DNA of 64,000 nucleotides from an uncultured bacterium (GCA_963843795.1 CAWJLW010000006.1:62001-126000); one strand, 5' to 3'; shown: positions 42,444 to 53,545, counted from the stretch's first letter. The notes: generated from the sequence alone by a model not told the origin. Made by a program: numbers and translations.

Positions 42444-43322
42444 TCAAGGTTTAAGACGCTTGAGTTGAGATTGCAGCGCGCGTTTGTAAGTCGGGCGCGC
42501 GATCAGATAAAGCGGGACGCCCAGCAGCCCCAAAGCTAAGGTCACGAAAAACCAGCCCTGCGCGTCCCAATCGGCAAAGCCATCGACTAATCCACGCCGA
42601 ACGCCCAACGCGCGCGCATCGACGAGAACTACAAGTGCTGCGGCTAAGGTCGCCAACAACGCCAGCCCAAAAAATTGGTGCGTGAAGAACAATAGCAACG
42701 GCGGCAGAACCGAAACCGGTAAGAATAGACTGGCCAAGACACCGATGAAGAACACCCTGAAAATCGTTCGCTGCGGAGAAATTTCGGGTTTGGCCGGTGG
42801 CAACGACGAATAAGCCGTGTGCACTGCGGGCGCATAACCCGTGCTGGGATACGCCGTGTTGGGATAAGGCGCGTGGCTCGTCACCATCGGCACGCTGTAA
42901 CCCGGAACTGGCGCGGCGTTGTAGGTGGGCGGCGCAGGCGGCGGCGCGAAGCTCGAATCGACTGGCGGTTGATAAGTTTGGAAAGTCGGCGCTGGAGTTT
43001 GGGGTGGCGTAAAAATATTGGTCGGGGAATGGCTTGGCACCACGATAAGTTTGAGATGCGGGCCGCGCCTTTCGACGGTCACATCCATCGCGCCGCTGGC
43101 GCAATTGTAAGAAAGGCTCCATTCGCCTTGTGCGTGCAGCTGATTGATCTGCGTCATTGGCACAATTTCCTGCAACATCGCGCGCAGCAGATGCGCGGGC
43201 ACCATCGCACCGCTGGCCAGCTGGCCAGCGAAATTCAACTGCGCGGGCTGATCAGAACTCAAAATCAGCGCATCAGCGCGCCGTGCCACCATCGCTGAGA
43301 TCAATTCATCAATTTGTGCCAT
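42444..43322 (-). CDS. Membrane protein with PilT-N-like N-terminus, Pro-rich linker and C-terminal TM segments
   Basis: MAQIDELI.AM.ARRADALIL; paralog of 44760-45485. Confidence 0.6.
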   Translation of the reverse strand: MAQIDELISAMVARRADALILSSDQPAQLNFAGQLASGAMVPAHLLRAMLQEIVPMTQINQLHAQGEWSLSYNCASGAMDVTVERRGPHLKLIVVPSHSPTNIFTPPQTPAPTFQTYQPPVDSSFAPPPAPPTYNAAPVPGYSVPMVTSHAPYPNTAYPSTGYAPAVHTAYSSLPPAKPEISPQRTIFRVFFIGVLASLFLPVSVLPPLLLFFTHQFFGLALLATLAAALVVLVDARALGVRRGLVDGFADWDAQGWFFVTLALGLLGVPLYLIARPTYKRALQSQLKRLKP

Positions 43323-43428
43323 AACTGCGCTCCGATTTTGTGCGTCATTTTCTTCTCTGGTGGCAGCCAAATCATTGCAAGTACTTGCACCGCCAAAAGG
43401 AACTTTTACCTTTTATGACACAGCCGCT

Positions 43429-44694
43429 TCACGGCAGGTTCACATTGGTGAATTCAAAGGGAATGATGAGTTCGCGCCAATCGGAAGTGATGGGCAGAAT
43501 GAGTTTGGTGGGTTCGCCGTTGCGGTCGTCTGCGTCGCCGTTGCGGCTGGGATAAAAAACGCAGGTAAAAGTAGTGATACGCGTTCCTTCGTTGCCTTCT
43601 TGATTCATGCTTGAACTTCGCATTTGCAAGTCGCGGCCAGCGTCATCAACCAGACGCGGTTGTTTTTGAAAATCGTTACCCATCCAAATTTGCTTACCCG
43701 TCGATAACTTTGTGCGTTGCTGACCGGGCGTGCCGTTTTGCGAAATAATCAGAACCACGCGATAGTCATCGCCATCGCGTGTCACGTCTTGCAATTCCAA
43801 ACGCGTGGTGGTTTCGCCTGTGGTGATAATTTTCTCGACATTTTTGGCTTTCAATATGTCCGGCACTTCCCATGTTTCAGATACAAACGCGACCGCACCA
43901 TGAAATGTGCCGCGCAAGCGTTTCAACGTTCCACCGTGCGTATCGCGCGCTTTCAACTGCATGTTCATGTCGATGGGAATACCGTTGCTGTAAATATCGC
44001 TATCACTGGTGGGCAAAAGCGACTGGTTTTTATCGTCGAGTGCTTCAGTTAAATGCACTGCCATACCGTTGTTTTGCCACTGCAATTTCGGATCGGCCAT
44101 CAGCGTGCAATTAAGATAAAGAGATTCGTTACGCGATTCATTGGTTTTGCCTTGACCCACGTAGCGGCTGTAGCTGGCGCTACTCAGATTAAAAATAGCT
44201 GCCTCTGAAACCGAGGCCACTCCGCCGCTTTGCTCGCCCCACGGCGTGAAGGTGATGCTACTTCCGCCATAATTTTGCAGACCGATATCCAGCTTGTCCG
44301 CGATGTCGCGCGCCACTTTCCAGAACGGCTGTTTTTCATAATCGGCGGTGAGCGTTTTCTTGTTTTGTTGTTCCAGATAAGTTCGATTTTGAATGTTAAC
44401 GGGAACTGGTGATTGTTTGCCCAGCGCGTCGATGACTTCGACAATCGGCATTTCTTTGGCGTGCAAAGTCACCAGAGTTGGCCCACCAATCTGTTTTTGT
44501 AACTCGTTCCACGTCACCAGCGGCAAGGCTTCGGGTTCTTGTGCATTTTTGATTTCAGTGGCTGTTTTGGGCGGATCGGGCGGTTGCGCCCGACCCGTCA
44601 AAACTGAAATCGTTAAAGCCGAAGTTGTCAAAATCGACATCAAATACAGGCTCTGTAAGGCGGATAAAGTCAAACGGCGCGAAAATGTCTTCAT
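43429..44694 (-). CDS. Hypothetical secreted protein
   Basis: 421-aa ORF with signal peptide. Confidence 0.7.
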   Translation of the reverse strand: MKTFSRRLTLSALQSLYLMSILTTSALTISVLTGRAQPPDPPKTATEIKNAQEPEALPLVTWNELQKQIGGPTLVTLHAKEMPIVEVIDALGKQSPVPVNIQNRTYLEQQNKKTLTADYEKQPFWKVARDIADKLDIGLQNYGGSSITFTPWGEQSGGVASVSEAAIFNLSSASYSRYVGQGKTNESRNESLYLNCTLMADPKLQWQNNGMAVHLTEALDDKNQSLLPTSDSDIYSNGIPIDMNMQLKARDTHGGTLKRLRGTFHGAVAFVSETWEVPDILKAKNVEKIITTGETTTRLELQDVTRDGDDYRVVLIISQNGTPGQQRTKLSTGKQIWMGNDFQKQPRLVDDAGRDLQMRSSSMNQEGNEGTRITTFTCVFYPSRNGDADDRNGEPTKLILPITSDWRELIIPFEFTNVNLP

Positions 44695-44759
44695 AAGTTT
44701 TCACCCTTCCCATTCGAATGCGGCGACTTCAAGCGGCAAGTACTTGCGGAGCACATTTT

Positions 44760-45485
44760 TCACGGTGGCGGCACGCGCGCCGGTGGCAGCACGCTTTTGT
44801 AAACCGGACGCGCCACCAGATAAGCGGGAATGCCGATAAAATTGAGAACCATACACAGCAAAAACCATTGCCACGGGTCGAGATCGGCCCAGCCATCGAC
44901 CAAGCCTTTGCGCACGCCCAGAGAACTGGCATCAGCCAGAATACCGACCGCAGCCAAAAGGAAAAACGCCCACGGCAGCGAGGTTCCCAGCAACGCCGTC
45001 AAAATGCGCAATCCGATGGCGTAGGCAAAAATCGCGCAAATTAGGGACACCGCACCAATACGGGGTTTTTGAACGGAATTGTTTTGAGTTGAATTGGCGC
45101 CCGTCGCACCTGATTTCGACAAATCGGGCGCTCTGTATGGTGCGTAATAAGCATCGATAGGCGAAAATTGAGGTGATTGCGAAGAACTGGTTTGATGTGG
45201 CGTGATAGCGAGCGAAATGTGCGTGTCGCGTCTGGTGACTTGCACGCGTACAAAACCGCTGCTGCACAAGTGCACAAATTCAAATTTATTGGGTTTGACG
45301 CGTGGGAGTTTTTGATCGTCGGGCAAGATTTCATCCAACATATTGCGCAACAACGCTGCAGGCACAACAGCACCTTTGGCCAACCTGCCGCCAAAATTCA
45401 ATTGCGCCGATTCGTCGGAAATTAAAATCAGCGCATCGGCCCGACGCGCCATCATCGCTGCGATGAGTTCATCAATCTGTGCCAT
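44760..45485 (-). CDS. Membrane protein, paralog of 42444-43322
   Basis: Shared N-terminus and DA..LGVR.GLVDG.AD.D...WF.......G.P.YL.ARP.YK. Confidence 0.65.
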   Translation of the reverse strand: MAQIDELIAAMMARRADALILISDESAQLNFGGRLAKGAVVPAALLRNMLDEILPDDQKLPRVKPNKFEFVHLCSSGFVRVQVTRRDTHISLAITPHQTSSSQSPQFSPIDAYYAPYRAPDLSKSGATGANSTQNNSVQKPRIGAVSLICAIFAYAIGLRILTALLGTSLPWAFFLLAAVGILADASSLGVRKGLVDGWADLDPWQWFLLCMVLNFIGIPAYLVARPVYKSVLPPARVPPP

Positions 45486-45602
45486 GAGTGCTTCGCCTGC
45501 CTTTGATAGCGCGCCGCAAGTATCTAGAGCAAGTACTTGCTGTGCCCAATTCGCCCCTTAGTTTAAGGCAAAGTCAGGCTTTCAATGCGAAGAACACAAC
45601 AA

Positions 45603-46454
45603 TTACAAAGCGTGCCACGAATCGATATCGTAATCGAGCGCTTCAAAGTCGCGCGCGTAAATGTGCTGTACGGTTTGCGCAATTTCGGGCGTGAAAACTT
45701 CATCTTTCACCTTGCGACTTTGATTGCGCGGCTGTGCAAGAGCTGCGCGCGCCCAACTTTCCTCGACACCAATGCGCGTTAAAATTTGCGTGGTGCCGCT
45801 TTGGAATTCGCTTTCCATCTTCCAAATTTGCGCGTAGCGAATGCGATCCATGAAAAGCGTGCAGAATTGCTCGTCCCAGTGATGATTGCGCGTGCCAGTG
45901 CGCTGAGAGGCCACGAAATCGACAAAAGTCGCAAATGGAATCGCGCTGTCGTTCGCGCCGCCGGCCAGATGATTTCGGCGCGCGAAACGGCGCAACTGGC
46001 TCAATTCGCTGCGACCCGTAAAAACGCGCCGAATGCTGGGCGGATAACCATCTTCATGCCCAAACGCCAATTTATCGACCCAGGCCGACTTTAAACGCGC
46101 ATATGGATTGCGCACGAAACAATAGAAATCGAATTTTTCCGGTTGCGCGAAAACGTGAAAATAATCGCGCAAAGGAGAGTACGGAAACTGCCGCGCCTTA
46201 CGAAACAATTTGTAACGTCCATCCGAAGCATCATTGCGCCCTAACAGTTCACAGTAAGCGCGTCGCATTACATGACGGAACGTCGTTGTGCCGACTTTGG
46301 GGCTGAGCACAACCACAACACGATGCTCGCGCGCGATAAAAACCTTGAACGGGCTGAACTGGCGACGTGCCATCGTGCGCAACGCGTTGGGAAAACCCAT
46401 GAACTGAGCCGAAGCGCGCTGGAGTTGAATGTTGGTTCGAGTAGAAGTCGGCAT
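45603..46454 (-). CDS. Sulfotransferase family 2 protein
   Basis: PKVGTTT (5'-PSB) and FVRNPYARLKSAW (3'-PB); Y..DF..L.Y. Confidence 0.85.
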   Translation of the reverse strand: MPTSTRTNIQLQRASAQFMGFPNALRTMARRQFSPFKVFIAREHRVVVVLSPKVGTTTFRHVMRRAYCELLGRNDASDGRYKLFRKARQFPYSPLRDYFHVFAQPEKFDFYCFVRNPYARLKSAWVDKLAFGHEDGYPPSIRRVFTGRSELSQLRRFARRNHLAGGANDSAIPFATFVDFVASQRTGTRNHHWDEQFCTLFMDRIRYAQIWKMESEFQSGTTQILTRIGVEESWARAALAQPRNQSRKVKDEVFTPEIAQTVQHIYARDFEALDYDIDSWHAL

Positions 46455-46607
46455 AATAATTTTTCAATAAATAAAACGCATTTTGTCTAAAGTTAAAATT
46501 GTATTTTTATCGAGCGCTGCTCGGCGAAATTCGCGCCTGCTTTTGCTTGGAGATGAAAGAGGTTTGATAGCAAAACGCCCTGCAAGTACTTGCAGGGCGT
46601 TTTAGAA

Positions 46608-47381
46608 TTACACGGTGTAAAATTCGGCGATAAGTTCGATGTTTTTGGCGTGCTTCCAATCGACAAAGCGCCACCAATCGTTCATATCAGCAGGCGGCGG
46701 AATTTCTCTCACGATTTCTTCCGTCGATTGGCCCGCTTTCACTAAGGGCGGCACCCGCTCCAGCATTTCGTTAAGATAGCTTTCAAAGCGGCGAATGTGG
46801 TCGAGCGTGCAAGTCGGACCGTGGCCGCAAATAACGGTTTGGGCGTCGTAAGACAAAATTTCGCGCAAAATTTCGCGCAGGCGTTCGATTTTTTCGGGCG
46901 TGGGCTGACACGGAATTAAGCCCCAGCCGAACAAATCGGCGATGTGCAGAACTTGAGCGTGTGGGAAATACAAAATCGTGTCCCACGGCGTGTGTGTGCC
47001 GCCCATCCAGCGCATCAAAATGCTTTTGTCGTCTTGCCCGCGCAAAGCGGCGCGGTCGTCATACCAGATATCGGGTCGTTTGGGATCGAGATCAGCGGCT
47101 TCGGCGCACGATTTATGAGCGATACAAATCGCGCCTTCTTCGCGCCATTGTGCGTTGCACGCGATATGATCGGCGTCCCAATGTGTTGTGACAATGTATT
47201 TGAGTTCTTTGCCGGTAGTTTTTTGAATCAGTTCGCGCACCACGTCGGCTTGTTCTGGGTCTTCCAGTGCGTCGATGACAACGGCGAATTCGCCTAAATC
47301 GCACCAGCTAATGTTATCGACCGCGACGCGGATCCACACTCCGGGCGCGAGCTCTTTCACTTCATTTTCGATGAATTCCAT
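46608..47381 (-). CDS. MBL-fold metallo-hydrolase
   Basis: THWDADH (variant HxHxDH), HT..D, ICGHG. Confidence 0.8.
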   Translation of the reverse strand: MEFIENEVKELAPGVWIRVAVDNISWCDLGEFAVVIDALEDPEQADVVRELIQKTTGKELKYIVTTHWDADHIACNAQWREEGAICIAHKSCAEAADLDPKRPDIWYDDRAALRGQDDKSILMRWMGGTHTPWDTILYFPHAQVLHIADLFGWGLIPCQPTPEKIERLREILREILSYDAQTVICGHGPTCTLDHIRRFESYLNEMLERVPPLVKAGQSTEEIVREIPPPADMNDWWRFVDWKHAKNIELIAEFYTV

Positions 47382-47446
47382 GGCGCCCAGTTTAACCCCA
47401 AAAACTCTGGCGGCAAAATGAATCTCGCTTCAAATCTTCCCCGAAA

Positions 47447-48439
47447 TTAATTTGCAGACGAGCTAATCGCGAGCGCTGCTGCCATGCTGTCCGACAGATC
47501 GTCACCGAATTTTTGCTCGGCTTTGGCTTTGGCCGCTTCTTGTTTTTTGCGAGCGTCGCGCTTGGCGTTGGCGGCGAAAATGCCGAGATGATGAACGGAA
47601 AAGTCGTCTTCAGCACCGATCTCGATCACGGTTGTCGTGATTTGTGCGAGTGGGAACTGACGCATACATCCATCGCGTGCCAGCCCTTCAAAAGTGCCGC
47701 GTGCCATTGCCGCTTCGCCGATGCAACCGGCCACGACGGGCGCAAATCCTGCGCTGCAAGTACTTGCGATAAGCGCGGCGCGTTCGCTATTGGTCACGAC
47801 CAGAAAATCGTCGCCGCCGATGTGTCCGGCTAAATCGGGCAACTGGTCTTCTGTGGCTGGGTCGTGCAAGGCGACGCTTTGTGCCACTAACCTTCCGGTA
47901 TTTTCAATCACGCAATCGGCGTGAGAAAAGCCGAAATGATCGGCGAAAGGTTTGAAATGATCCAAATCGATATAAAGGATGGCAAAATTCTGACCGCGCC
48001 GCGCCTCGATGGCTTGAGCAATAGCGTGGCCGCCGGGCAACCCGCTGGAAGGATTGCGGTCGCTTTCGCGCTGCACCAAACGCAGCAGCGAGGCGACGCG
48101 GATAATGAGTTCTTGGGGTAGAAAGGGTTTACCAATGTAATCGTCGGCTCCGGCTTCAAAGCCGGAAATTTTACTGTCGATGTCGCTTTGCGCGGTGACC
48201 ATCAGAATTGGAATGCGCGCGGTAAACGGATTGGCTTTCACCTGACGGCACACTTCAAGACCCGACAAACCGGGCATTTGCAGATCGAGCACCAGTAGAT
48301 CGGGCGCATCTTGCGCGATAAATTCGAGCGCCTCGCTACCATTGCCACAAGCGCTGACTGTGTAGCCCGCGTTGCTCAGAATTTTTTGCAGCAAAAATCG
48401 AATCGAATCATCATCATCAACGCACAAAATCGTTGCCAT
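47447..48439 (-). CDS. Response regulator with GGDEF domain
   Basis: REC (LCVDDD, LDLQMP, GKP) plus DLDHFK..D..G and HIGGDDF. Confidence 0.88.
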   Translation of the reverse strand: MATILCVDDDDSIRFLLQKILSNAGYTVSACGNGSEALEFIAQDAPDLLVLDLQMPGLSGLEVCRQVKANPFTARIPILMVTAQSDIDSKISGFEAGADDYIGKPFLPQELIIRVASLLRLVQRESDRNPSSGLPGGHAIAQAIEARRGQNFAILYIDLDHFKPFADHFGFSHADCVIENTGRLVAQSVALHDPATEDQLPDLAGHIGGDDFLVVTNSERAALIASTCSAGFAPVVAGCIGEAAMARGTFEGLARDGCMRQFPLAQITTTVIEIGAEDDFSVHHLGIFAANAKRDARKKQEAAKAKAEQKFGDDLSDSMAAALAISSSAN

Positions 48440-48508
48440 AAGTTATCGTCAAAAATTAGAAGAATTGGAAATTGACTTTCAAATTGCTGCGAGTCAATTT
48501 CCTGAGCG

Positions 48509-49669
48509 CTATTCCACGCTCAAACTTCCACCTTTGTTTCCATTGTTTTGGCCATCGGCACTGCCGCCATAAACCTGCAAAGTTTTCCCCTGCGCGCGGA
48601 TGCGCGATTCTTCGACCGCATCTTTCATGTTAATCGGCACAGTGACGATGTGATCGTTGCCGTCGCTGATATAGCGCGCGCTTTTATCGCGATCGAAAAA
48701 CGCCATCCAATATTCCAGCGTGCCGGGCTGTTTGGCCTGCTTGGTGTCGGGCTTCACGCGTTCGAGTTCGTAACGGTCGAAAACTGCGAACTGTCCGCCT
48801 TGTGTCCATTTTTTATCGGCGCGTGTTACGGGCGACAAATTCGGACGCCACGCGGCCAAAAACACAGCTTTATGAAGATAAGAGATATCGCCTTCTTTTC
48901 CGCTTTGCAAGTACTTGCGAGCTTCTTTATCGCGCGGCAATTTGCCGTAAGGCAGCGCGAAAGTCTTCATGGTCGCGTCGGGCGAAATTTGCTTGATATC
49001 TTTGTTGGCGGTTGCCAATTCCCACTGCAGCTTTTTCCCATCAAAACTGCGCAAATTGGAATGTGTCGAAGTATGGTTGGCGATTTCGTAGCCTTTGCTT
49101 GCCAGATAAGCGAACTTATCGGCCACGCTTTCGGCCTGACCGAAAGGTTCGCCGTTGCTCCCTTCTTTGGGCAGAACGAAAAACGTCGCTTTTGTCGGCC
49201 AATCGGGATACTTTTTATTGAACGATTCCATAATGCCAACCGCGCAATTCGGGTCGATATGCGGTTTGCCATCGCTGCCCTGAATGATGTTGAACTGTGA
49301 AGGCAAAGCGTCATCGAACGTTAAGACGACGGGTGTTTTGCCAGCGGGCACTTTCATGTCGTTGGTCACCATTTCCAGTGCGGTCACCGGATAATAACCT
49401 TTGGCGTGCAACTGTTCCAAATCGCGGCGAAAAGTGTCGGGTTGGCGATTCAAATCGGCGTCGGCTTCTTTGGCCTCCACGCGATGATACATCACTGTCA
49501 TAATCGCACCAGCTTCGTTGGGTTTAAATTTTTCGATGTCGCTTTGCGAAACCCGGTCGGGCGTCGGTGTCGGTTTTGGCGCTTGCGCAACCGGTGCTTC
49601 TTTTTTGCAACCGCTCACAAATAGCAGCGGCAAGGCGATAAGCGGAACGAAATGGCGTGATGAAAACAT
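48509..49669 (-). CDS. Polysaccharide deacetylase family lipoprotein
   Basis: Lipobox VSGC; MYH, LTFDD, ATFF, NHT.TH, ALPYG. Confidence 0.85.
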   Translation of the reverse strand: MFSSRHFVPLIALPLLFVSGCKKEAPVAQAPKPTPTPDRVSQSDIEKFKPNEAGAIMTVMYHRVEAKEADADLNRQPDTFRRDLEQLHAKGYYPVTALEMVTNDMKVPAGKTPVVLTFDDALPSQFNIIQGSDGKPHIDPNCAVGIMESFNKKYPDWPTKATFFVLPKEGSNGEPFGQAESVADKFAYLASKGYEIANHTSTHSNLRSFDGKKLQWELATANKDIKQISPDATMKTFALPYGKLPRDKEARKYLQSGKEGDISYLHKAVFLAAWRPNLSPVTRADKKWTQGGQFAVFDRYELERVKPDTKQAKQPGTLEYWMAFFDRDKSARYISDGNDHIVTVPINMKDAVEESRIRAQGKTLQVYGGSADGQNNGNKGGSLSVE

Positions 49670-50057
49670 GGTTTCTCCTGCAACGAATGCGAACGGTAAC
49701 TGCGGAAATTAATGCAATGAATGATGCGATGTGTCGCAAGTACTTGCGGCAAGTACTGCGGCAAGTACTTGCAGTGTGCCATAGCACGCCAAGAAGACAA
49801 AATAGCGCGCCACGTGTTCGCCAAATAAGAAATGGAAACGCGAAAAAAGTGAAAGATTGCCAGCGTCTGCCAGCCCTATTGCATTACCGGTGATTGATCC
49901 TATCCGCTAATCCAACAGCGGCGCGATTTCTGGTAACTCACTATACATACATTACAAGCAAAGTACAGTGTGAAATATTTCATAGAGTGTGCTGTAATGA
50001 ACCAATAGAGCGCTGCAAGTACTTGCAGCGCTCTATGAGGAAGCGAATGTGGTTGGT

Positions 50058-51356
50058 TTAGCGTTCTTTCCACAAGCTGCGGCGATGGCGCGCCCACACG
50101 CCAAAAGTGAAAAGTGCAGCGCTGAGGGCGCACGCTGCAACGGCGTGGCGTGGGCCGATAAGGCTCGCCAATTGACCGACGAAAATTGCGCCCAGTGGTG
50201 CGGTGCCAATGAGTGCCAGCGAATAAACCGAGAAAACGCGCCCGCGCAATTCGTCGGGACACAAGGTTTGTACGAAAGTGTTGGCGGTCATCAAAAATGT
50301 CAATAGAAACCAGCCCGCTGCGATGAGCGCGACACACGCCCAGAACAAGCCGGGCGAAAGCGCGAAGCCGACCACGCTGAGACAAAAGCCAAACGCGCCC
50401 AATAGTAAACGCTTGCCGCGATGGCGCATTTGTCCGGCGGCGGCCAGCGCGACCGCTGCGACCAGAGCGCCCAGCCCGTTGCAAGTCATTAAAGTGGCGA
50501 AACCGCGCGCGTCGCTGTGAAAAACGTCTTTGGCGAACATCGGCAGTAGCGTTCCGAAGGACATGGTGGTGAGGGAAACGAAAGCGACCAGAATTGTTGT
50601 GGCGCGCAAAACCGGATGCGACATCACGTAAAGCCAGCCATCGCGTGCGTCGTGCAAAACGCTACTCATCGTGGCTTTTTCGGTTTCGGCCTGATGGGGA
50701 GGCAATTTTTGCAAACCTAGTGCGGCCAGCATAGCGACGAACGAAAACGCATTGGCCCAGAAACACGCGGCCAACCCCAACACACGCAAGAGCAAACCGC
50801 CGACGGCTGGTCCTGCAACGCGCGCGGCGTTAAAAGCTGACGAGTTGAGAGCGATGGCGTTGGGAATATCGACTGGCTCGACCATTTCGCGGTTGAACGA
50901 TTGGCGAATCGGAATATCAAAAGCGTTCACAATGCCCGTGCAGGCTGCCAGAACCATGACGTGCCAGACTTGAACGTGACCGGCACCGACTAGAATCGCC
51001 AGCAAAATCGCGATTAAGGCCGCGCCGCCGTTGGTGATAATCAGGGCGCGCCGTTTATCGACGCGGTCGGCCAAAACGCCCGCGTATAAAGTGAGCAGCA
51101 AAATCGGCAAGGTCCCGCACGCTGTGACGAGCGATAAGTTGGTTGCGGCTTGACTTGGATCTAGAGTAATCGAACGCACCAGCCAGCCTTGAGCGGTCTG
51201 CTGCGCGAATGTGCCGACGTTCGATAATAAATTGCCGCCCCAAAATAAGCGAAAGTTCGGATAACGCAAAGCGGCGAAACGCAGCGGCGTGGCCTGTGGA
51301 GCGGGACGCGACGATGCGGGGGCAGGCGATTGTGAAGGAGAAAGTCGTGAAGACAT
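50058..51356 (-). CDS. MFS transporter
   Basis: GVLADRVDKRR motif A; 12 TM segments. Confidence 0.92.
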   Translation of the reverse strand: MSSRLSPSQSPAPASSRPAPQATPLRFAALRYPNFRLFWGGNLLSNVGTFAQQTAQGWLVRSITLDPSQAATNLSLVTACGTLPILLLTLYAGVLADRVDKRRALIITNGGAALIAILLAILVGAGHVQVWHVMVLAACTGIVNAFDIPIRQSFNREMVEPVDIPNAIALNSSAFNAARVAGPAVGGLLLRVLGLAACFWANAFSFVAMLAALGLQKLPPHQAETEKATMSSVLHDARDGWLYVMSHPVLRATTILVAFVSLTTMSFGTLLPMFAKDVFHSDARGFATLMTCNGLGALVAAVALAAAGQMRHRGKRLLLGAFGFCLSVVGFALSPGLFWACVALIAAGWFLLTFLMTANTFVQTLCPDELRGRVFSVYSLALIGTAPLGAIFVGQLASLIGPRHAVAACALSAALFTFGVWARHRRSLWKER

Positions 51357-51713
51357 AACAGATGGCGCTGTAATTATTTATAGCAAGACGATGCGGCGTA
51401 GATTAAAAATCAGGACTATTCTTAATGTGTCATTGATAGCGACAACGCTTGTCTCGCTCTACAAAACTAGCCTAACGCTTGCTGTTGACTCGCGAGTACT
51501 TGCTGCATTATTCGGTGACGCGTGCGTTTATGCCGATGAAGCGTAACAGGTTATTTATGGTAAACGCTAATGATGCGCGGCGAACTTCGGTTCCGGCTTC
51601 GCGTCGCACCCAATTCCCATTTTTGGTGTGTTGAATTCGATTCAATGGACGTTTGGGGTTGGTCGGCGTGTTGCGCGCCTTTGGTAATTTAAGTTCGGTC
51701 AATAGTTTGTATC

Positions 51714-53528
51714 ATGTTCGTTTTTCGTTTTTTCAAAAATCAATTCAGTTTTCGTGCCTTTTTTCTCCTGCAAGTACTTGCCACGCTGTTTCTGACGTTT
51801 GCGCCCGCAGTTTCTGCTCAAGACCTTGCCACCACACCAGAGTATGTCGCACCACCGGCACCGGTCGAGCCGCCGCGTGCGCAGGCGTATGTCGTGGTGA
51901 AACCGGGAGCTATTGTTTCGTATGGTAACACGATGGTGCCGCTGCAATTTTTGGCGACCGGTCTGGGCGCTTCGGTCGGTAAGCTGAACGATTTTTATCG
52001 CATCGCTTATTTCGGTCACGTCATCGACGTTTATCCTCATCAGCAGTCCGCGCGCTTCGATGATCAAAACGTCGAACTGCCGATTGCGCCGCAGAATTTC
52101 AACAAGGAGTTTTATATTCCGTGGACGCCCATCGCCAAACAATTGGGCGTGAAATGGAGCCAGGTCAAGCCGCAAAATCCGGTCGCCGGCCAAACCAAAA
52201 TGCTGCTGCAATACTCCGCAGCCTACATTGAAGATGTACATTCGAGCGTGTCGCGTGAAACTGTGCGGATCGTGATGACTTTGTCCAACCCGACGCGCGT
52301 GGTGGCTGCACAGGGAAAGTTGGACGCACGTTTCGCCCTCGCCGCCGCACGTCGAGACGGTATTCCCAGCGTGCAAACCATTCATGATTATCTCATCAAA
52401 CGCACCGTATTAACGTCCGGCAACTGGCAGGCGGACTTTGCCGTGCGCATCAATTATGCGGCTCCGGTGCAATGGTTCACTCTGGGCAGTCCGAGCCGCT
52501 TAGTGATTGATGTGCAGCGTTTGTTTGAAGACCAAGATTCCAGCCCGATTGGTGGCGGTTTGAAACTGACGTCGATTCGGCGCGGCATCGGCGACGGACC
52601 AGTGCAGATGTATGTGGCACGCGTCGATCCGCGCGATGGTTGGCGCATCAAAGTTGCGCCCGGTGGCTATTCTGTCTTGCAACGCAAACGTCCCAGCCGC
52701 ATCGCCCAGCAAAACAAAGCGCTTTTGGCGGTCAATGGCGGTTTCTTCGCTTACGATGGCGCGGCAGTGGGCGCAGTTTTGAGCAATGGCGAATGGATTC
52801 GTTTGCCGTGGGGTGGCCGCACTGCAGTTGGTTTTCGCAAAGATGGCAGCGCGCGCATCGACACTTTACAGGCGCAGGCGCGCGTGGTTTTGGGCAATGG
52901 TGAAACCATTCGTGTGCGCGAACTCAACGGCTGGCCCGATAAAGGTCGCGTTACAGTTTTGACTTCGCGCTTTGGCAAATATTACAAATTGAAGCCGGGC
53001 GAAATGGCCTTGGAAGTTTCGAAAAATGTCATCGTCTCGCGACCCGGCGGCGGTGGCGTGAACATTCCCGCCGATGGGTTCACGGTTGTCGCAAGTGGCG
53101 GTGGTCGTCCGCCTTTGGAACGCGCGATGCGCGGCACGAGCGCGCAATTGAAAGTCGATTTAACCGGATGGAACGGCATTGTTTCGGCTTTGGGTGGTGG
53201 CCCGCGCCTGGTTGATAACGGGCAAGTTTCGGTAACGGACGAAAACTTCCGCTCCGATGTGCGAGTTGGGCGCGGCCCGCGCACAGCGTTTGGCATCGAC
53301 AAGCAAGGCCGCTACATCATCTGCGTCGTTGATGGCCGCCAGCCCAGCCACTCGATTGGCTTAACGCTGACAGAACTCGCTTATACAATGCAAAAACTGG
53401 GTGCTGTTGATGCGATGAATTTGGACGGTGGCGGCTCGACTGCGCTCGCCGTGCGCTCGCGCGTCGTCAATCGCCCGTCCGATGGTAGTGAACGCGCCGT
53501 TTCCAACGCCCTTCTCGTGATGCGATAG
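51714..53528 (+). CDS. Phosphodiester glycosidase (NAGPA/DUF2233) family protein
   Basis: AVNGGFF, GGGPRLV, PRTA.G, VDGR, AMNLDGGGS. Confidence 0.9.
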   Translation: MFVFRFFKNQFSFRAFFLLQVLATLFLTFAPAVSAQDLATTPEYVAPPAPVEPPRAQAYVVVKPGAIVSYGNTMVPLQFLATGLGASVGKLNDFYRIAYFGHVIDVYPHQQSARFDDQNVELPIAPQNFNKEFYIPWTPIAKQLGVKWSQVKPQNPVAGQTKMLLQYSAAYIEDVHSSVSRETVRIVMTLSNPTRVVAAQGKLDARFALAAARRDGIPSVQTIHDYLIKRTVLTSGNWQADFAVRINYAAPVQWFTLGSPSRLVIDVQRLFEDQDSSPIGGGLKLTSIRRGIGDGPVQMYVARVDPRDGWRIKVAPGGYSVLQRKRPSRIAQQNKALLAVNGGFFAYDGAAVGAVLSNGEWIRLPWGGRTAVGFRKDGSARIDTLQAQARVVLGNGETIRVRELNGWPDKGRVTVLTSRFGKYYKLKPGEMALEVSKNVIVSRPGGGGVNIPADGFTVVASGGGRPPLERAMRGTSAQLKVDLTGWNGIVSALGGGPRLVDNGQVSVTDENFRSDVRVGRGPRTAFGIDKQGRYIICVVDGRQPSHSIGLTLTELAYTMQKLGAVDAMNLDGGGSTALAVRSRVVNRPSDGSERAVSNALLVMR

Positions 53529-53545
53529 AAATTCGATTTCGTTTT

